From Bacteroidota bacterium (GTDB lineage Bacteria > Bacteroidota > Bacteroidia > NS11-12g > UBA9320): a stretch of 64,000 bases of DNA. Shown here in pieces: positions 61,917 to 64,000 of this stretch. The notes beneath the pieces were generated by a model that saw only the letters and a program-made list of their open reading frames with translations, was not told where the DNA came from and made no database searches. A program made the translations under genes and the position numbers. Positions within the stretch are counted from its first letter, which is position 1, and each line of letters begins with the position of its first letter. The stretch is from assembly GCA_013359235.1 (NCBI GenBank), contig JABWCE010000004.1, forward strand, positions 18,931-82,930, written 5' to 3'.

Positions 61917-63656
61917 TTACGCTTCGCCTACTTGCTGCCGCCACATGGCGTAATATAAACCTTTAAGATTTAAAAGGTCATTATGATTGCCTTCTTCTAT
62001 AATTTTTCCTTTTTCTAATACAAAAATTTTATCGGCATGCATTATTGTACTTAAGCGATGAGCTATGATAATGGTAATTACATTTCTTTTTTCGTTAATG
62101 TCTTTTATTGTTTGAGTAATATCTTCTTCGGTAATACTATCTAATGACGAAGTTGCTTCGTCAAATACCAATAATGATGGATTGCGAAGCAATGCCCGTG
62201 CTATTGACAACCTCTGTTTTTCGCCTCCCGATACCTTTACCCCACCTTCGCCAATGGTTGTATTTATACCTTTTTCGGCTCTTTTTAATAATTTTAGGCA
62301 ACTTGATTTTTCTAAAACATCCATTATTTGTTCATCACTTGCAGAAGGATTTACAAAAAGTAGGTTTTCTTTAATTGTACCTGCAAATAATTGAGTATCT
62401 TGAGTAACAAGTCCTATTTTTTCTCTTAGCTCGTCAAGATTTATTTCTGAGAAGTTAAAATCTCCGTATTTTATCTGTCCTTCGTTTGGCTGGTATAGTC
62501 CTACAAGTATTTTTACTAATGTAGTTTTGCCTGAGCCGCTTGGACCAACAAAGGCAATTGTTTCACCTTTTTTTGCTTTAAAATTAATATTATTTAGTGC
62601 ATTTACCGAAGAAGACTGGTGCCTGAATGATACATTTATATATTCAATTTTATTCAATTGTTCTAAATGTTTAGGATTTTCTGGCTTTTGTTCTATCGGT
62701 TTTTCGAGAATGGTTTTAAAATTATTTAATGATACTTCTGCTTCGCGGTAGGTGAGTATAATATTACCCAACTCTTGCAATGGATTAAATAGAAAAAAAG
62801 AATAAAATAGAAATGTGAAATATTGCCCTGCCGATATTTCTTTACCAAAAATAAGAATAAGCAATACCATTATCATTACGCTTCTTACAAACTGAACAGT
62901 AGTACCTTGTAAAAAACCCAAACTGCGGATAAATTTTATTTTTTTGAGTTCAAGTTTCAAAATTTCAAAAGTAGATTTGTTCAACCTGTTAATTTCTTGA
63001 TTAGCTAAACCGAGACTTTTTACAAGTTCGATATTTCTCAAAGACTCGGTAGTACTGCCTGCAAGTGCTGTTGTATAACCTACAATTTTTTGCTGCATAA
63101 TTTTTATTTTTTTGCTGAAATAGCTGCTCAGCAGTCCTATTATTAATATTGCCAGAACATATACCATTGCTACAACCCACGTTATACTTATTGCATAAAT
63201 TATAATAAAAATCAACCCTACAATGCTTGTAAAAAGAACCCCTATAAATGTGAGAAGCAGTTTTTCGATATCAACTCTAACTTTTTGCAGTACCGAAAGT
63301 GTTTCGCCACTGCGTTGGTCTTCAAAATCCTGATAAGGCAATTGCAAACTGTGTTTTAAGCCATCAGCATATATTCTTGCTCCAAGTTTTTGAATTATTA
63401 CATTAGTGACATAGTCTTGAAAATTTTTTGCAATACGCGATACCATTGCAACACCAATAGAACAACAAACCCAAAATATTGATCGGTTTATATATTGACT
63501 TTTTGTCAACTTATCAAATTTAGTAATAACTTCATCTACAATTTTACCTGTAATATATGGGTCAAACAGTGAAAAACACTGGTTTATGGCTGCTAATCCC
63601 AAAGCAAGTGCAAGAAGTTTCCAGTGAATATATAAATAATTTTTTAAAACACCCAT
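61917..63656 (-). CDS. ABC transporter permease/ATP-binding protein (MsbA-like exporter)
   Basis: Six-TM N-terminal domain followed by an NBD with Walker A GPSGSGKTT, signature LSGGEKQR and Walker B LVFDEATS. Confidence 0.9.
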   Translation of the reverse strand: MGVLKNYLYIHWKLLALALGLAAINQCFSLFDPYITGKIVDEVITKFDKLTKSQYINRSIFWVCCSIGVAMVSRIAKNFQDYVTNVIIQKLGARIYADGLKHSLQLPYQDFEDQRSGETLSVLQKVRVDIEKLLLTFIGVLFTSIVGLIFIIIYAISITWVVAMVYVLAILIIGLLSSYFSKKIKIMQQKIVGYTTALAGSTTESLRNIELVKSLGLANQEINRLNKSTFEILKLELKKIKFIRSLGFLQGTTVQFVRSVMIMVLLILIFGKEISAGQYFTFLFYSFFLFNPLQELGNIILTYREAEVSLNNFKTILEKPIEQKPENPKHLEQLNKIEYINVSFRHQSSSVNALNNINFKAKKGETIAFVGPSGSGKTTLVKILVGLYQPNEGQIKYGDFNFSEINLDELREKIGLVTQDTQLFAGTIKENLLFVNPSASDEQIMDVLEKSSCLKLLKRAEKGINTTIGEGGVKVSGGEKQRLSIARALLRNPSLLVFDEATSSLDSITEEDITQTIKDINEKRNVITIIIAHRLSTIMHADKIFVLEKGKIIEEGNHNDLLNLKGLYYAMWRQQVGEA

Positions 63657-63690
63657 TTAAATTTAAAATTACAAACAAATAAACATACTA

Positions 63691-64000
63691 TTAGACAAAA
63701 TCGTTTTTAATAACTTTTATAAACCCAAGTAATTTTGCCGAAAATAAATTTAGAAAAATACCTGCAACTACAATAAAAATGCCTATCCACGAATAAAAAG
63801 TTGGAATTTCGTTGAAAAAAATAATTCCATTAAAAACAGCATACACAATGCCGAGATTACTGTAAACGGCAATATTTCCAACCTTTTCGTTTTGGTAAGC
63901 CACAGTTAGAAAATATTGTGCAGCCTGTGTAAGCAAAGCCATTAAAAATATCAAAAACCAATCAAAATATGTAGGTATAATAAAACCGCCATTGATAAAA
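63691..64000 (-). CDS. EamA/DMT-family transporter, C-terminal part (gene continues past window end)
   Basis: TM-rich C-terminal region with an EamA-like repeat. Its stop is at 63691. Confidence 0.65.
   Translation of the reverse strand, partial: FINGGFIIPTYFDWFLIFLMALLTQAAQYFLTVAYQNEKVGNIAVYSNLGIVYAVFNGIIFFNEIPTFYSWIGIFIVVAGIFLNLFSAKLLGFIKVIKNDFV

Noticed and set aside
1-64000. Mobile elements, prophage, CRISPR arrays or tRNA genes
   Set aside because: I saw no transposase, integrase, phage structural or cas-like translations, no direct-repeat arrays, and no cloverleaf-compatible approximately 75-nt segments in the intergenic regions.

Overview
This is an AT-rich (roughly one-third GC) chromosomal segment that looks like it comes from a Bacteroidota genome, most likely Flavobacteriia or Cytophagia. 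Two things point that way. The one promoter examined fits the Bacteroidetes sigma-A TTTG / TAnnTTTG pattern. Five secreted proteins carry T9SS C-terminal sorting domains, four type A and one type B 'gliding-motility-associated' domain on the giant adhesin; a sixth, the anti-sigma-like protein, carries a type-B-like tail.

I can support about 55 protein-coding genes. I see no rRNA, tRNA, CRISPR array, transposase or integrase.

The backbone is housekeeping: radA, an rlmB-like methyltransferase, the rimP-nusA-infB operon, rlmN, an LpxL-family acyltransferase, a cold-shock protein, galE, oligopeptidase B, maeB, meaB, two aldehyde dehydrogenases, cmk, tag, a DegP/HtrA protease, dapF, a pabB-like gene, a Sir2 deacylase and an ABC exporter.

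Interleaved with this are accessory and envelope-associated genes:
- A 1712-aa secreted TPR protein ending in a CHAT (caspase-like His/Cys) domain.
- Three ECF sigma / anti-sigma modules.
- A T9SS-rich stretch at about 22.9-38.5 kb holding a PHB-depolymerase-like esterase, a parallel beta-helix protein, an 1837-aa PKD-repeat adhesin and a Kazal-type protease-inhibitor domain protein.

The points most worth a second look:
1. An ECF-sigma -> anti-sigma -> giant adhesin module in which the anti-sigma-like protein carries the same type-B T9SS C-terminal domain as the adhesin.
2. A 51-aa ORF duplicating the FecR-like anti-sigma N-terminal motif, whose TAG stop overlaps the GTG start of the anti-sigma gene.
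3. The secreted TPR-CHAT protein.
4. A bacterial Kazal-domain protein fused to a T9SS sorting tail.
5. Two genes (rlmN and a GNAT acetyltransferase) whose conserved N-termini have no canonical start codon.
6. A terminator-like hairpin in the very short leader of the rimP-nusA-infB operon.
7. A perfect 12-bp-arm palindrome in a divergent promoter region.
8. An unexplained 393-bp non-coding gap between convergent genes.

All functional calls come from motifs I recognised in the translations. I ran no database searches.
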